Part shown: one piece after another, positions 9,686 to 19,196 of the stretch | How positions within the stretch are numbered: position 1 is the stretch's first letter | Layout: every line of letters starts with the position of its first letter | Source: an uncultured Erysipelotrichaceae bacterium | GTDB taxonomy: Bacteria; Bacillota_I; Bacilli_A; RFN20; CAG-826 | Direction: 5' to 3' | NCBI GenBank assembly: GCA_902800905.1 | Contig: CADCGC010000003.1 | Location: forward strand, 2,283-66,282 | Length of the DNA: 64,000 nucleotides | Program-made: the position numbers and the translations under genes | Notes under the pieces: generated by a model | What the model was told of the DNA's origin: nothing | The model's input: the letters and a program-made list of their open reading frames with translations, nothing else | The model's database searches: none

Positions 9686-10834
9686 TTATTTAGATAAAAA
9701 TTTCTTTAGTGATTCACACAAATGTATGATATTTTTCTTTTGAGTTGCAATGTTGATTCTAATAAAGCTTGAATAGAATTCGTGATAATGTTTTCCGTCA
9801 ATCACAATGATGTTTTCTTCCTCTTTAAATCTCTTAGCGAAGTCTTCTGAATCGCGACTGTAATTTGATATGTCAATCCAGAGGAGATAAGTACATGAAC
9901 CATCAATAATCTTTAAATTTAGACCGTTTTTGTCGAAAAATTCCTTCAAAAACGCTTTATTTTCTTTTATATACTCATTTTCTTCTTTCACGTATTCTTC
10001 ACATTCGTTATACGCTGCAACGACTGGTTCAATTGAAAAGTATGAAGGCTCTCCAACATCATCTTCTCCTAGTCCTTTTTCTATTAATTCTCGTATATCT
10101 TTATCTTCGATTACGACAACTGATGAATGAAGTCCTGCTAGGTTAAAAACCTTTCCTGGAGATAATAACGTAATGAGCTTATCATAATGGTTGCATCTCG
10201 CCATTGGAACATAACGGTTTTCGTTATAATCTAAGTCACAATGGATCTCGTCTGAGAGAATATAAACATCATATTTCTTGCATAGTTCAATGATTAGGTT
10301 GTTCTCTTCTTCACTATAAATTTTCCCAAATGGATTATGTGGATTACAGTGAATGAATATCTTTGATTGGATTAGTCCTTTTTCTAGTAATTCCCAATTA
10401 ATTGAATATTGATAATCTTTGTAATCGAAAGGTACTTCAATTATTTTTCGGTTATTGTTTTTGATGCAGTCATAAAAGACATTGTAGTTAGGTGATAAGA
10501 CACAAACTCCATCGTTTGGGTTACTTAATCTTTTGATAATCGAGTCGATTGAAGCAACGATGCTTGTTGAAAAACAGAACCACTCTTTTTTGAAAGTAAC
10601 ATTATGATGTCTCTTCCACCAATTGATATAAGCTTCATAATATTCGTCAGGGACAAAAGTGTATCCGTATGTTGGATTTTTAGCTCTTTCAATAATTGCT
10701 TTTTGAATTTCGTCTGCCACCATAAAATCGGTGTCAGCGATCGACAAGGAAATATAGTTATTTGGAATATTCCATTTATAACTATGTGTTTGTCTTCTAT
10801 CAATCTCTTTATCGAAGTTATATTTATTCGCCAT
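9686..10834 (-). CDS. PLP-dependent C-S lyase, MalY/PatB family (cystathionine beta-lyase-like aminotransferase)
   Basis: Class I/II aminotransferase fold. N-terminal FDKEIDRRQTHSYKWN is characteristic of PatB/MalY. The track's start at 10840 is a TTG; the ATG at 10834 is used here and overlaps the upstream stop by 11 nt. Confidence 0.6.
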   Translation of the reverse strand: MANKYNFDKEIDRRQTHSYKWNIPNNYISLSIADTDFMVADEIQKAIIERAKNPTYGYTFVPDEYYEAYINWWKRHHNVTFKKEWFCFSTSIVASIDSIIKRLSNPNDGVCVLSPNYNVFYDCIKNNNRKIIEVPFDYKDYQYSINWELLEKGLIQSKIFIHCNPHNPFGKIYSEEENNLIIELCKKYDVYILSDEIHCDLDYNENRYVPMARCNHYDKLITLLSPGKVFNLAGLHSSVVVIEDKDIRELIEKGLGEDDVGEPSYFSIEPVVAAYNECEEYVKEENEYIKENKAFLKEFFDKNGLNLKIIDGSCTYLLWIDISNYSRDSEDFAKRFKEEENIIVIDGKHYHEFYSSFIRINIATQKKNIIHLCESLKKFLSK

Positions 10835-11675
10835 AACCAACCACTATTTTTACTCTCGTTTTATCAATATTTTCATCATCTTGGATGATTTCTTTAACAC
10901 CTTTAACTCTAATAATACCTGAAATAGGATTTTTAATTGAATCCACTACTGTGCTTATATCTGCATCAATATTTGAGCAATATTCAAAACACAAATCGCT
11001 ATAAATGAGTTCACAGTTAATCATTTTTAGATTATCAATATAGCAAAGACCTTGATGGGAAATTAATTTGCAATTAATAAATGTGATACCTTTAGTGTTC
11101 CACGCAAGATATTCACCAATAATTGTGGAATTTGTAATAACAACGTCTTCACAATTCCAAAAACTGTCTTTGCTATTTAAAACAGAATTATTAATACGGA
11201 TATGTTTAGCACCATCAAAGCAGTAATTACCATCTAGATGTAATTCATTAACTTCGATGTTTTCGCTATTCATTCCAAAATAATCGCCGTTAGCGTCGAC
11301 ATTTTCTAAAACAATATTCTTACAGCCCCAGAATGACTCTTTAGCGTTAGGCATTTTGGTAAAAACAAGTTTTACCCCATCACATCTTCTAAATGTCTTA
11401 GGAGCGTAAATATTTGAGAAGTTGAATTCGATATTGTTTACATACCAAACCCCACTTCTAGCGGTTTCTAAGAATGTAACATTGTTACATTTTACATTTT
11501 TTGTATACCATAATGGGTATTTCCAACGGAATTCGCTATTATCTATATCAATATCAGAACTTTCTTTGAGTGGAGATTCTCCATCTTCAAAAACACAATT
11601 TAAAATATGAACGTCTTTGCTCATGAACAAAGCACGTTCACCAGTATAAACACCTTTTTCTATGGTCTTTTTCAT
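10824..11675 (-). CDS. DUF3737-like beta-helix repeat protein
   Basis: 283 aa with repeated NxxF/NC(E/K)L turns (NCVFEDGESPLKE, NSEFRWKYPLWY, NCKLISHQGLCY, NCELIYSDLCF), typical of the DUF3737 family seen in Bacillota. Name from memory. Confidence 0.45.
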   Translation of the reverse strand: MKKTIEKGVYTGERALFMSKDVHILNCVFEDGESPLKESSDIDIDNSEFRWKYPLWYTKNVKCNNVTFLETARSGVWYVNNIEFNFSNIYAPKTFRRCDGVKLVFTKMPNAKESFWGCKNIVLENVDANGDYFGMNSENIEVNELHLDGNYCFDGAKHIRINNSVLNSKDSFWNCEDVVITNSTIIGEYLAWNTKGITFINCKLISHQGLCYIDNLKMINCELIYSDLCFEYCSNIDADISTVVDSIKNPISGIIRVKGVKEIIQDDENIDKTRVKIVVGYGE

Positions 11676-11713
11676 TGCGTATTAATTCTATCAAAATTAA
11701 TATTTTGTATCAA

Positions 11714-12373
11714 TTAATTAGGCCAAATAAAAGTACAATTTAAATCTTTTTCTCCATTATCAACCAGGACATCTTGCCCACTCATTGATTTATTGATAAC
11801 CAAAAGGAAGTAAACCCATTCACATACTTCATCTAAAGAAGCCCACTTTTTAAGAGGGGTAACGTCCATTATTTCTTTCCAAAGTTTAGGATCGTTCATC
11901 ACTGGATTATTAGAATCAGTAAGAACTCCACCAAGAGACAATGAGTTACAAGTGACACCGTTTTTAGCGACTTTACACGCTACTGTTTTCATATATCCAA
12001 CAAGGCCAGCTTTACTAGCGACATATTCTTCAAATTCAAAGCCTGTTGATGAACTTGCAGATGCATTAAAAAGAATAGATTTTATGCTCTTTTGGAAAGC
12101 GTATTTTTTAGTGACATTCATTGTGCCAACTAAGTTATTTTGAATATCACTTTCTGAGTTCTGCAATCCAGCGTTATTGAATAAATAATCGATATCATTT
12201 ATCTCAGGTAAATCATCATATTTTTTGATATCACAAATATAATGTTTGTAGTTTAAGTCATTGATTGAAGAAGGAAGTAGATCAATACCGATAACTTCAA
12301 ATCCTTTATCTAAAAAATATTTGCTAGCTGCAAATCCAATTCCTTTAGATGAACCAGTAATTAAAATCTTCAT
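11714..12373 (-). CDS. SDR-family short-chain dehydrogenase/reductase
   Basis: N-terminal Rossmann motif ILITGSSKGIGFA. NAG motif (FNNAGL). Catalytic YxxxK (YVASK). Confidence 0.7.
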   Translation of the reverse strand: MKILITGSSKGIGFAASKYFLDKGFEVIGIDLLPSSINDLNYKHYICDIKKYDDLPEINDIDYLFNNAGLQNSESDIQNNLVGTMNVTKKYAFQKSIKSILFNASASSSTGFEFEEYVASKAGLVGYMKTVACKVAKNGVTCNSLSLGGVLTDSNNPVMNDPKLWKEIMDVTPLKKWASLDEVCEWVYFLLVINKSMSGQDVLVDNGEKDLNCTFIWPN

Positions 12374-13125
12374 TAGATCTCACCTTTCACATAATCTAAA
12401 TATTGTTGACCAACACAGTTTCTTTTCCACCTTTTTGAAACCCAATATCCAAACGGAGAAAAGAAGACTTCAAACAGTAATTCGATAATCGCACCGAGCG
12501 CTGAACAGCTAACACATTGTACAAAACTCCACTCAAATCCCCAGTAAATAGGTGCAAAAACCATAAATGTTAATACTGCAAAGATTAAATTGTCAATGAA
12601 CTGACCGAAGATAGTTGAAACATATGATCTGACAAAAAACGCAAGCTTTCCATCTGGGTTCTTTTTAAATATAAATCCAATAAAATAATTAGACCAAATA
12701 TTAAGTAAACCACTGATTAAAAACGCGATTGTTGAATCAAGAAGCACGAACCATGTTGACCCGAAAATTTCATTAAAAGAAGTGAAATCCATTTCAGTTG
12801 GAATGATAGATACAACCCAAAATATCAAACAACATAATAGGTTAACTGACATTGCGAATATTGTTATCTTAAAACTCGCTCTTGGACCGAAGTGTTTTGT
12901 GATGACATCCATGCACAAAAACGAGAGCCAACTGACAAGAATTCCGCCATCGATTGCGAGCCATTCATTTTCATAGATTGTCTTGTTTGCAAGTAGGTTC
13001 ATTGTCACAACCGAAATAACAAACAAAGCAACAACTACTGCTGGTATGGAATAGAAGAGTAATTTAGTCTCCTCTTTTTGTTTTAAAAACCATCCCTTGA
13101 GAGGATGGCAAAATGATTCTTTCAT
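12373..13125 (-). CDS. Queuosine-precursor transporter, YhhQ/QueT (DUF165/VUT) family
   Basis: 250-aa multi-TM protein. The architecture and conserved segments (LANKTIY, WLSFLCMDVITKHFG) match the YhhQ family. Preceded by a preQ1-I-like riboswitch. AAGGAGG RBS. Confidence 0.55.
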   Translation of the reverse strand: MKESFCHPLKGWFLKQKEETKLLFYSIPAVVVALFVISVVTMNLLANKTIYENEWLAIDGGILVSWLSFLCMDVITKHFGPRASFKITIFAMSVNLLCCLIFWVVSIIPTEMDFTSFNEIFGSTWFVLLDSTIAFLISGLLNIWSNYFIGFIFKKNPDGKLAFFVRSYVSTIFGQFIDNLIFAVLTFMVFAPIYWGFEWSFVQCVSCSALGAIIELLFEVFFSPFGYWVSKRWKRNCVGQQYLDYVKGEI

Positions 13126-13130
13126 TAATA

Positions 13131-13186
13131 AGTCCTCCTTGGTTTTATTTTATATAGCGAAGGATTTAGAGCCCGAACTTCGCTGC
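13131..13186 (-). ncRNA. preQ1-I-like riboswitch in the 5' UTR of the yhhQ-like transporter
   Basis: Minus-strand RNA GCGAAG-UUCGGGCUCUAAAUC-CUUCGC-UAUAUAAAAUAAAACCAAGGAGG, then 6 nt, then AUG. It has a 6-bp stem, a loop beginning UUC, and an A-rich tail that runs into the SD, as in B. subtilis queC and T. tengcongensis preQ1-I aptamers. YhhQ/QueT genes are the classic preQ1 riboswitch targets. Confidence 0.6.
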
Positions 13187-13199
13187 GAGTTAATTATAC

Positions 13200-13865
13200 T
13201 TATTTTGAATTTTTAATCAATAAATCAATATATTCGGCTAACTCACCAACACCGATATCATCTTTTGCAGATACCTTGAATACTTTTGTGTTTTCATTTC
13301 TTTGATGAATGTACTCTTCACACTTATCAAAATCGAAATCAAACACAGGTAAGGTATCGATCTTAGTGATGACAGCAATTTTACTGACTTGGAACATCAA
13401 TGGATACTTTAATGGTTTATCATGCCCTTCTGGAACTGATAGAAGCATCATATTGATATTGCTTCCTGTGTCAAATTCAGCAGGACACACTAAGTTGCCA
13501 ATATTTTCCAAGAACACAAGATTTAAACCATCAACATCAAAATGGTTAAATGAGTCTTCTACCATTTGAGCAGTTAAGTGACATGCACCAGAAGTATGGA
13601 TCTGAATTGACTTAACTCCAGTCAATTTCGAGATCCTTTCCGCGTCGACATCACCATCAATATCAGCCTCCATAACACCAATATGATATTTGGACTTTAG
13701 TCGATTTATTATATTAACTAAAAGAGTGGTTTTTCCGCTTCCTGGAGAAGCCATAACATTAATAAAATAAATGCCTTTTTCTTTTAGCTTTTTTCTGACC
13801 TCATCAGCCTTTTTGTCATTCTCAATAAGAATGTTTTCTTTTACTTCGACTACTTTGAAATCCAT
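13200..13865 (-). CDS. hypB: Hydrogenase/urease-type nickel-incorporation GTPase HypB (paralogue 1)
   Basis: P-loop MASPGSGKTT. Metal-binding switch motifs HTSGACHL and LVFLENIGNLVCPAEFD. VLSVPEGHDKPLKYPLMFQ. NK(I)D motif (ITKID). No N-terminal His-rich stretch. Confidence 0.8.
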   Translation of the reverse strand: MDFKVVEVKENILIENDKKADEVRKKLKEKGIYFINVMASPGSGKTTLLVNIINRLKSKYHIGVMEADIDGDVDAERISKLTGVKSIQIHTSGACHLTAQMVEDSFNHFDVDGLNLVFLENIGNLVCPAEFDTGSNINMMLLSVPEGHDKPLKYPLMFQVSKIAVITKIDTLPVFDFDFDKCEEYIHQRNENTKVFKVSAKDDIGVGELAEYIDLLIKNSK

Positions 13866-13957
13866 ATGTTGTTCCTTCGCCTGTTATTATACGTGAAAAA
13901 AATAAATATTTTAATATTTTAGATTTCTTAGTAAGATAATTAACGTAATTGAACACT

Positions 13958-14632
13958 ATGTCAGATATCAAAACAATCACTGTTAATCGTTCAGCATATG
14001 CTGATAATGATTTAGAAGCGGACGCTTTAAGAGAGTATCTGAAAGAGAGAGGAACATTCCTAGTTAATTTGATGTCTTCTCCAGGTGCTGGAAAGACCAC
14101 TACACTTACCGCTCTCATTAATTCTCTTAAAGATATCTACCGCATCGGAGTGATGGAAGCTGATATCGATAGCGATGTTGATGCGATTTCAATCGCAAAA
14201 AACACAGGTGTTAAATCAATCCAAATCCATACCTCAGGAATGTGTCATCTTGATGCAGGAATGACAAAGTCAGGATTAGATGGAATTGATATAAGTGATT
14301 TAAATCTCGTCTTCCTTGAGAATGTTGGTAATCTCGTGTGCCCTGCTGAATTTGATACAGGAGCCTCACTTGATATCATGATTCTCTCAGTGCCGGAGGG
14401 CGATGACAAACCACTTAAATATCCTCTCATCTTCCAAAAATGTGATCTTGTTATTATTAATAAGATTGACACTATTGGATACTTCAACTTCGATTTCAAG
14501 AAGTGTGAAGAAACAATCAAGATGAGAAATAAAAACGCCACGATTATTCCAATAAGTGCAAAAACTGGTCAAGGAATAGACCAAGTTAAACAATATTTCA
14601 TTAAAACAATTACTAACTGGAAGGAGAAATAA
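13958..14632 (+). CDS. hypB: HypB-family nickel-incorporation GTPase (paralogue 2), divergent from paralogue 1
   Basis: MSSPGAGKTT, HTSGMCHLDA, LVFLENVGNLVCPAEFD, ILSVPEGDDKPLKYPLIFQ, INKID. The track's start at 13949 is a TTG; the first ATG is at 13958. Confidence 0.8.
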   Translation: MSDIKTITVNRSAYADNDLEADALREYLKERGTFLVNLMSSPGAGKTTTLTALINSLKDIYRIGVMEADIDSDVDAISIAKNTGVKSIQIHTSGMCHLDAGMTKSGLDGIDISDLNLVFLENVGNLVCPAEFDTGASLDIMILSVPEGDDKPLKYPLIFQKCDLVIINKIDTIGYFNFDFKKCEETIKMRNKNATIIPISAKTGQGIDQVKQYFIKTITNWKEK

Positions 14633-14633
14633 T

Positions 14634-17528
14634 ATGCCAGAACAAAGTAAAAAAGTTGCGACCCCTTATTACGGAGAGAAAGGTTATTCTTACGAAAAGA
14701 AACTTTGCAAATTAGCAAAAAAGATTACCGATGTCGTTCCACACAAATTAACAGGTGTTAAAACAACCGACCCAGAATACTGGGGATTAAGAGAAGTGTT
14801 AACCGAACCAATGATTGACATTCTCTTAAAGATGAAACAAAGAAAACATTATCTTTTTGAAGATCTCCAAAAGATGAACCTTGAACATAATCCTGTTGAG
14901 CTTCAAAAACTCTTAGATGAAATGTCAATTATCGGTATCATCGAATACGATTACGGTGATAACTATGCTTGGGATCATCCACTTGAAGATAAACCAAAAG
15001 TGAAGAGATACATGCTCAGCTACTTTGTTCCAGGAAGTGCTGAACTTATGAACTCCACAGTTGAGAGAATTAATAAGAATCCAGCAGTTGCTTCTTTCTT
15101 TGAAAGAATGACATTTATTCCTCTCGCTGGTGTCACTGAAATGCTTCCTCCAGGTGGTGGCGGTGTTGGTATGCACGTCATCCCAGTTGAAAAAGCGATT
15201 GAATCTAATAATGAAGCAATCGATGTTGAAAAGATTTCCCACTGGATGAAGAAATACGAAGGACATATCTCCGCTGGTATTTGTTCTTGTAGAGCAAGTA
15301 GAGCAATGTTAGGAGATGGCTGTATCGACGATGTCGATGACTGGTGTGTCCAATTCGGTGATATGGCAGACTACACTGTTGAAACAGGTAGAGCCCACTA
15401 CATTACCAAAGAAAGAGCGTTAGAAATCTTTGAAATGGCTGAAAAGAACGGCTACGTTCACCAAATCACAAATATCGATGGCGAAAATAAGATTTTCGAT
15501 ATCTGTAACTGTGATGTTAAAATCTGTAACGCTTTAAGAACTGCATTATTATTCAATACTCCTTATCTTGAAAGAAGTGCCTATACTGCAAAAGTCACAA
15601 CCACCAACTGTGTGGCCTGTGGTCAATGTGTTGCTAATTGTCCAGCTGGTGCTGTTAAGTTAGGTCAAAAACTCTGCAAAGCAGATGGCAAACCAATGGA
15701 ATATCCAAAAGCACCTCTCCCAGATAAGATTAAATGGGGTAAATATGCTTGGGATGAAAACTATAGAGATACAGCAAGAAAGAGTGATACTTGGGATACC
15801 GGTACCGCTCCATGTAAAGTTGCTTGTCCAGCTCACGTCCCAGTTCAAGGATATTTACAAATGGCAAAAGAAGGCAGATATAGAGAAGCTCTTGCCTTAA
15901 TTAAAACTCAAAACCCATTCCCAGCAGTCTGTGGTCGTGTTTGTAACAGAAAATGTGAAGAAGCATGTACCAGAGGAAAGATCGACGCTCCAGTTAGCAT
16001 TGACGCTGTCAAGAAATTCCTTGCTGATTTAGAAATTAATTCTAAAGATAGATATATTCCAGAAAAAATCGTTGCTAGTACATATGGCAAATTCGATGAA
16101 AAGATCGCAATCATCGGTGCTGGTCCAGCTGGTTTAAGTGCTGCTTACTACTTAGCAGAAATGGGATTCACTCCAACAGTCTTTGAAAAAGAAAAGAAAC
16201 CTGGTGGAATGATGATGTATGGAATCCCATCCTATAAACTTGAAAAAGATGTCATCGAAGCTGAAATCGACGTTTTAAGAAAACTTGGTGTTGAAATCAA
16301 GTGTGGCGTTGAAGTCGGTAAAGATGTCACAATCGAAGAACTCAAAAAACAAGGATATAAAGCCTTCTACATTGCTATTGGATGCCAAGGCGGCAAACGC
16401 CCAGGAGTTCCAAATGACACCACTAAAGGAACAGATATCGCTGTTAGTTATTTAAGAACTGCTCTTGATAAACAAGAAGAATTCAAGGGTGAAGTTGTTA
16501 TTGTTGGTGGTGGTAATGTCGCAGTTGACTGTGCTCGTACAGCCCATAGATTAAAAGCCGCTAATGTCTCAATGTACTGTTTAGAAAGTAGAGACACCAT
16601 GCCAGCAAGCAATGAAGAAATTAGAGAAACACTCGAAGAAAATATCGCAATCAACAATGGTTGGGGACCAAAAGAAGTTAAGATTAACGCCAAAGGCGAA
16701 GTCACAGGTATCGTCTTCAAGAAGTGCTTATCCACTATCGATCCAGAAACCGGCAAATTCTCACCAAAATATGATGAAAACGAGACTATGGAAGTTAAAG
16801 CTGATAGAATCGTCTTCGCTATCGGCCAAGAAATCGTCTGGGGTGACTTACTCAAAGGTAGTAAAGTTACATTCTGGCATGGCAATTACCCACTCGCTGA
16901 TAAGTTAACTTATCAAACCGCTGATGAAGATATCTTCGTTGGTGGTGACGTCTTCACTGGTCCAAAATTCGTTATTAACGCTATCGCCGCCGGACACGAA
17001 GTTGCTGATGCCTTAGCAAGACACGTTAGACCAAACGCTCACCCAACCATTGCTTTCAACCAACGCGGATTCACACCACTCAACAAGGAAGATATTACCA
17101 TTCCTGGTTATGATGATGCTGGTAGACAAGAAGCTGGTATGGACGAATCAATCGACCACAAGAACTCTTTCAAAGATGCACATCGTACATTAACCGAAGA
17201 ACAAGTTAAGACAGAAACCCAACGTTGTTTAAGTTGTGGCGCTGCTCACGTTGATCCAAATAAATGTATCGGTTGTGGTATTTGTACCACCAAGTGTCAC
17301 TTCGACGCTATCCATCTCGTTAGAGATCATCCAGAATGCTCTAATATGAGAAAAGCTGAAAAGAAAGTCAGTGGCTTACTTGGTTACGCTGTCCCACGTA
17401 TGTTCAAGATTCTCTTCTACTCTGGTAGTAAAGAAGCACGTGAAATGGCCAAGAAACGTAAAGCGTGGAACAAATACTATAAAGAAGCAAAGAAGACTAA
17501 ACCACATACCGGAAACGCAGTTGAATAA
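14634..17528 (+). CDS. Large Fe-S flavoprotein: Cys-rich N-terminal domain + GltD/NfnB/SudA-like NAD(P)H:FAD oxidoreductase + C-terminal 2x[4Fe-4S] ferredoxin
   Basis: 964 aa. AGGAGA RBS. Middle region CKVACPAHVPVQGY…NPFPAVCGRVCNRKCEEACTRG is the GltD/NfnB N-terminal cluster region. Dinucleotide-binding motifs IAIIGAGPAGLSAAYYL and VVIVGGGNVAVDCA. C-terminal CLSCGAAHVDPNKCIGCGICTTKCHFDA. The N-terminal 330 aa (…GICSCRASRAMLGDGC…DICNCDVKICNAL…CVACGQCVANCPAG) is unassigned. Confidence 0.6.
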   Translation: MPEQSKKVATPYYGEKGYSYEKKLCKLAKKITDVVPHKLTGVKTTDPEYWGLREVLTEPMIDILLKMKQRKHYLFEDLQKMNLEHNPVELQKLLDEMSIIGIIEYDYGDNYAWDHPLEDKPKVKRYMLSYFVPGSAELMNSTVERINKNPAVASFFERMTFIPLAGVTEMLPPGGGGVGMHVIPVEKAIESNNEAIDVEKISHWMKKYEGHISAGICSCRASRAMLGDGCIDDVDDWCVQFGDMADYTVETGRAHYITKERALEIFEMAEKNGYVHQITNIDGENKIFDICNCDVKICNALRTALLFNTPYLERSAYTAKVTTTNCVACGQCVANCPAGAVKLGQKLCKADGKPMEYPKAPLPDKIKWGKYAWDENYRDTARKSDTWDTGTAPCKVACPAHVPVQGYLQMAKEGRYREALALIKTQNPFPAVCGRVCNRKCEEACTRGKIDAPVSIDAVKKFLADLEINSKDRYIPEKIVASTYGKFDEKIAIIGAGPAGLSAAYYLAEMGFTPTVFEKEKKPGGMMMYGIPSYKLEKDVIEAEIDVLRKLGVEIKCGVEVGKDVTIEELKKQGYKAFYIAIGCQGGKRPGVPNDTTKGTDIAVSYLRTALDKQEEFKGEVVIVGGGNVAVDCARTAHRLKAANVSMYCLESRDTMPASNEEIRETLEENIAINNGWGPKEVKINAKGEVTGIVFKKCLSTIDPETGKFSPKYDENETMEVKADRIVFAIGQEIVWGDLLKGSKVTFWHGNYPLADKLTYQTADEDIFVGGDVFTGPKFVINAIAAGHEVADALARHVRPNAHPTIAFNQRGFTPLNKEDITIPGYDDAGRQEAGMDESIDHKNSFKDAHRTLTEEQVKTETQRCLSCGAAHVDPNKCIGCGICTTKCHFDAIHLVRDHPECSNMRKAEKKVSGLLGYAVPRMFKILFYSGSKEAREMAKKRKAWNKYYKEAKKTKPHTGNAVE

Positions 17529-17533
17529 TCGGT

Positions 17534-17878
17534 ATGCATGAATTAGGAATCGTTGTCCACGTCATTAACCAAATTGAAAAATTAGCCAAAGAAAACAAGG
17601 TCAACAAAGTTGTTGAACTTACTCTTGAAGTTGGAGAGGTCAGTGGAGTTGTCAAAGAATACTTCATTGACGCCTTTAACTGGGCGATTAAGAAAACTGA
17701 ATATATGAAAGAATGTAAACTTGTTTACATCACTATTCAAGGAATCAGTTATTGCGAGGACTGCAAACAAACATATCCAACTACGGAATATGGAAAAGAA
17801 TGTCCACATTGTCATTCTGGTCACACTTACTTAGTGACTGGAAGCGATGTTGTCATTAAAAATTTCAAAGTTGAATAA
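17534..17878 (+). CDS. hypA: Hydrogenase nickel-insertion metallochaperone HypA
   Basis: N-terminal MHE Ni-binding motif (MHELGIV). Two CxxC pairs (CEDC…CPHC) form the Zn site. 114 aa. Confidence 0.8.
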   Translation: MHELGIVVHVINQIEKLAKENKVNKVVELTLEVGEVSGVVKEYFIDAFNWAIKKTEYMKECKLVYITIQGISYCEDCKQTYPTTEYGKECPHCHSGHTYLVTGSDVVIKNFKVE

Positions 17879-17957
17879 TAGAATTGGAGTTGTGTTTATT
17901 TACAACTCCTTTTTCTTTACTGGTGTATGCGTAAAAATATAAAATATATAAGAATTT

Positions 17958-19196
17958 ATGTTTGATCAATTTGAAAAATTTGACATGAAGGCCAATCCGA
18001 AAAATCCGGTATTAGTTCCTTTAACCACTCTTATTGGAGCGTTAGAAGTATGGAAGCATGACGCTAAAATCAGAAAAACAAATATGAGTGGCATTAAGCC
18101 ACCATATATCATTTTAGCGAACCACAACGCCTTCCTAGACATCCAAATGTTACGTTATATAACATTCCCTCATAAGATGAGTTACATCGTCGCTATCGAC
18201 GGATTTTTAGGAAGAAAGAAGTTCCTAGAATCAATTGGATGTATTTGTAAAAGAAAATTCACTACTGATCCATATCTCATTCAGCATATCGATTATGTTT
18301 TAAACAAACAAAAACATATTTTAGCGATGTTCCCAGAAGCGAGATATTCATTATGTGGCACAACCGCGATCATTCCAAAAAGTGTTGCTAGATTAGTGAA
18401 GCACTTCAAAGTCCCACTCGTGATTCTTAAGATGAATGGTCACCACATCAATTCGCCATTCTGGAATCTTCATATTCGTAAAGTCAAAGGCATTGAAGCT
18501 GAGCTTAAATGTGTCGCCACCGCAGAAGAGATTGAGAATCTGTCAATCGATGAAATCGATGATATCATTCAACACGAATTCATCTATGATGAATATAGCT
18601 GGCAAAAGAAAAGAAATATCCACATTACCTACGAAGGTAGAGCGGAAGGATTACACAAAGTCTTATATAAGTGTCCTCATTGTGGAACTGAATATAAAAT
18701 GTCTTCTAAAGGCACAATTCTTAAATGTGATGCCTGTGGAAAAGAATGGTTCTACACTGAACTTGGTGAGCTCGAAGGAAAAGATGGAGTTACTGAATTC
18801 TCTCATATCCCAGATTGGTATGAATGGGAAAGAGATGAAGTTAGAAAAGAAGTTGAAGCCGGAACCTACTATTTCGAAAGCGAAGTTCACACCGATATTC
18901 TCCCAATGGATAAATTCATTCCAATTGGAAAAGGTAAGTTGGTCCATAGTCTAGAAGGATTCAAACTTACTGGAGAATTTGAAGGAAAACCATATGAACT
19001 AAAGATTGCTTCTAGTAGCATCTATGGAGTTCATATTGAATATGAATATTTAGGAAAATATGGGGACTGTGTCGATTTGAACACTCTCGATAATACATAT
19101 TACGTATATCCAGAAAGACCAGATTTCTCAGTTACAAAAATATCTCTTGCAGTTGAAGAGATATATAAGAACAAATTTAAGAACAAAGGCGACTAA
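17958..19196 (+). CDS. PlsC-family lysophospholipid/glycerol-phosphate acyltransferase with a C-terminal extension
   Basis: HX4D motif (ANHNAFLD), FPEARYS motif, and a C-terminal domain with CPHCG…CDACG (Zn-ribbon-like). Confidence 0.55.
   Translation: MFDQFEKFDMKANPKNPVLVPLTTLIGALEVWKHDAKIRKTNMSGIKPPYIILANHNAFLDIQMLRYITFPHKMSYIVAIDGFLGRKKFLESIGCICKRKFTTDPYLIQHIDYVLNKQKHILAMFPEARYSLCGTTAIIPKSVARLVKHFKVPLVILKMNGHHINSPFWNLHIRKVKGIEAELKCVATAEEIENLSIDEIDDIIQHEFIYDEYSWQKKRNIHITYEGRAEGLHKVLYKCPHCGTEYKMSSKGTILKCDACGKEWFYTELGELEGKDGVTEFSHIPDWYEWERDEVRKEVEAGTYYFESEVHTDILPMDKFIPIGKGKLVHSLEGFKLTGEFEGKPYELKIASSSIYGVHIEYEYLGKYGDCVDLNTLDNTYYVYPERPDFSVTKISLAVEEIYKNKFKNKGD

Noticed and set aside
14634-17528. 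Possibility that the 964-aa Fe-S protein is itself a hydrogenase
   Set aside because: There are no [FeFe] H-cluster motifs (TSCCP, MPCxxK) and no [NiFe] large-subunit CxxC pairs at the N- and C-termini. Its architecture is GltD/NfnB-like oxidoreductase plus ferredoxin.
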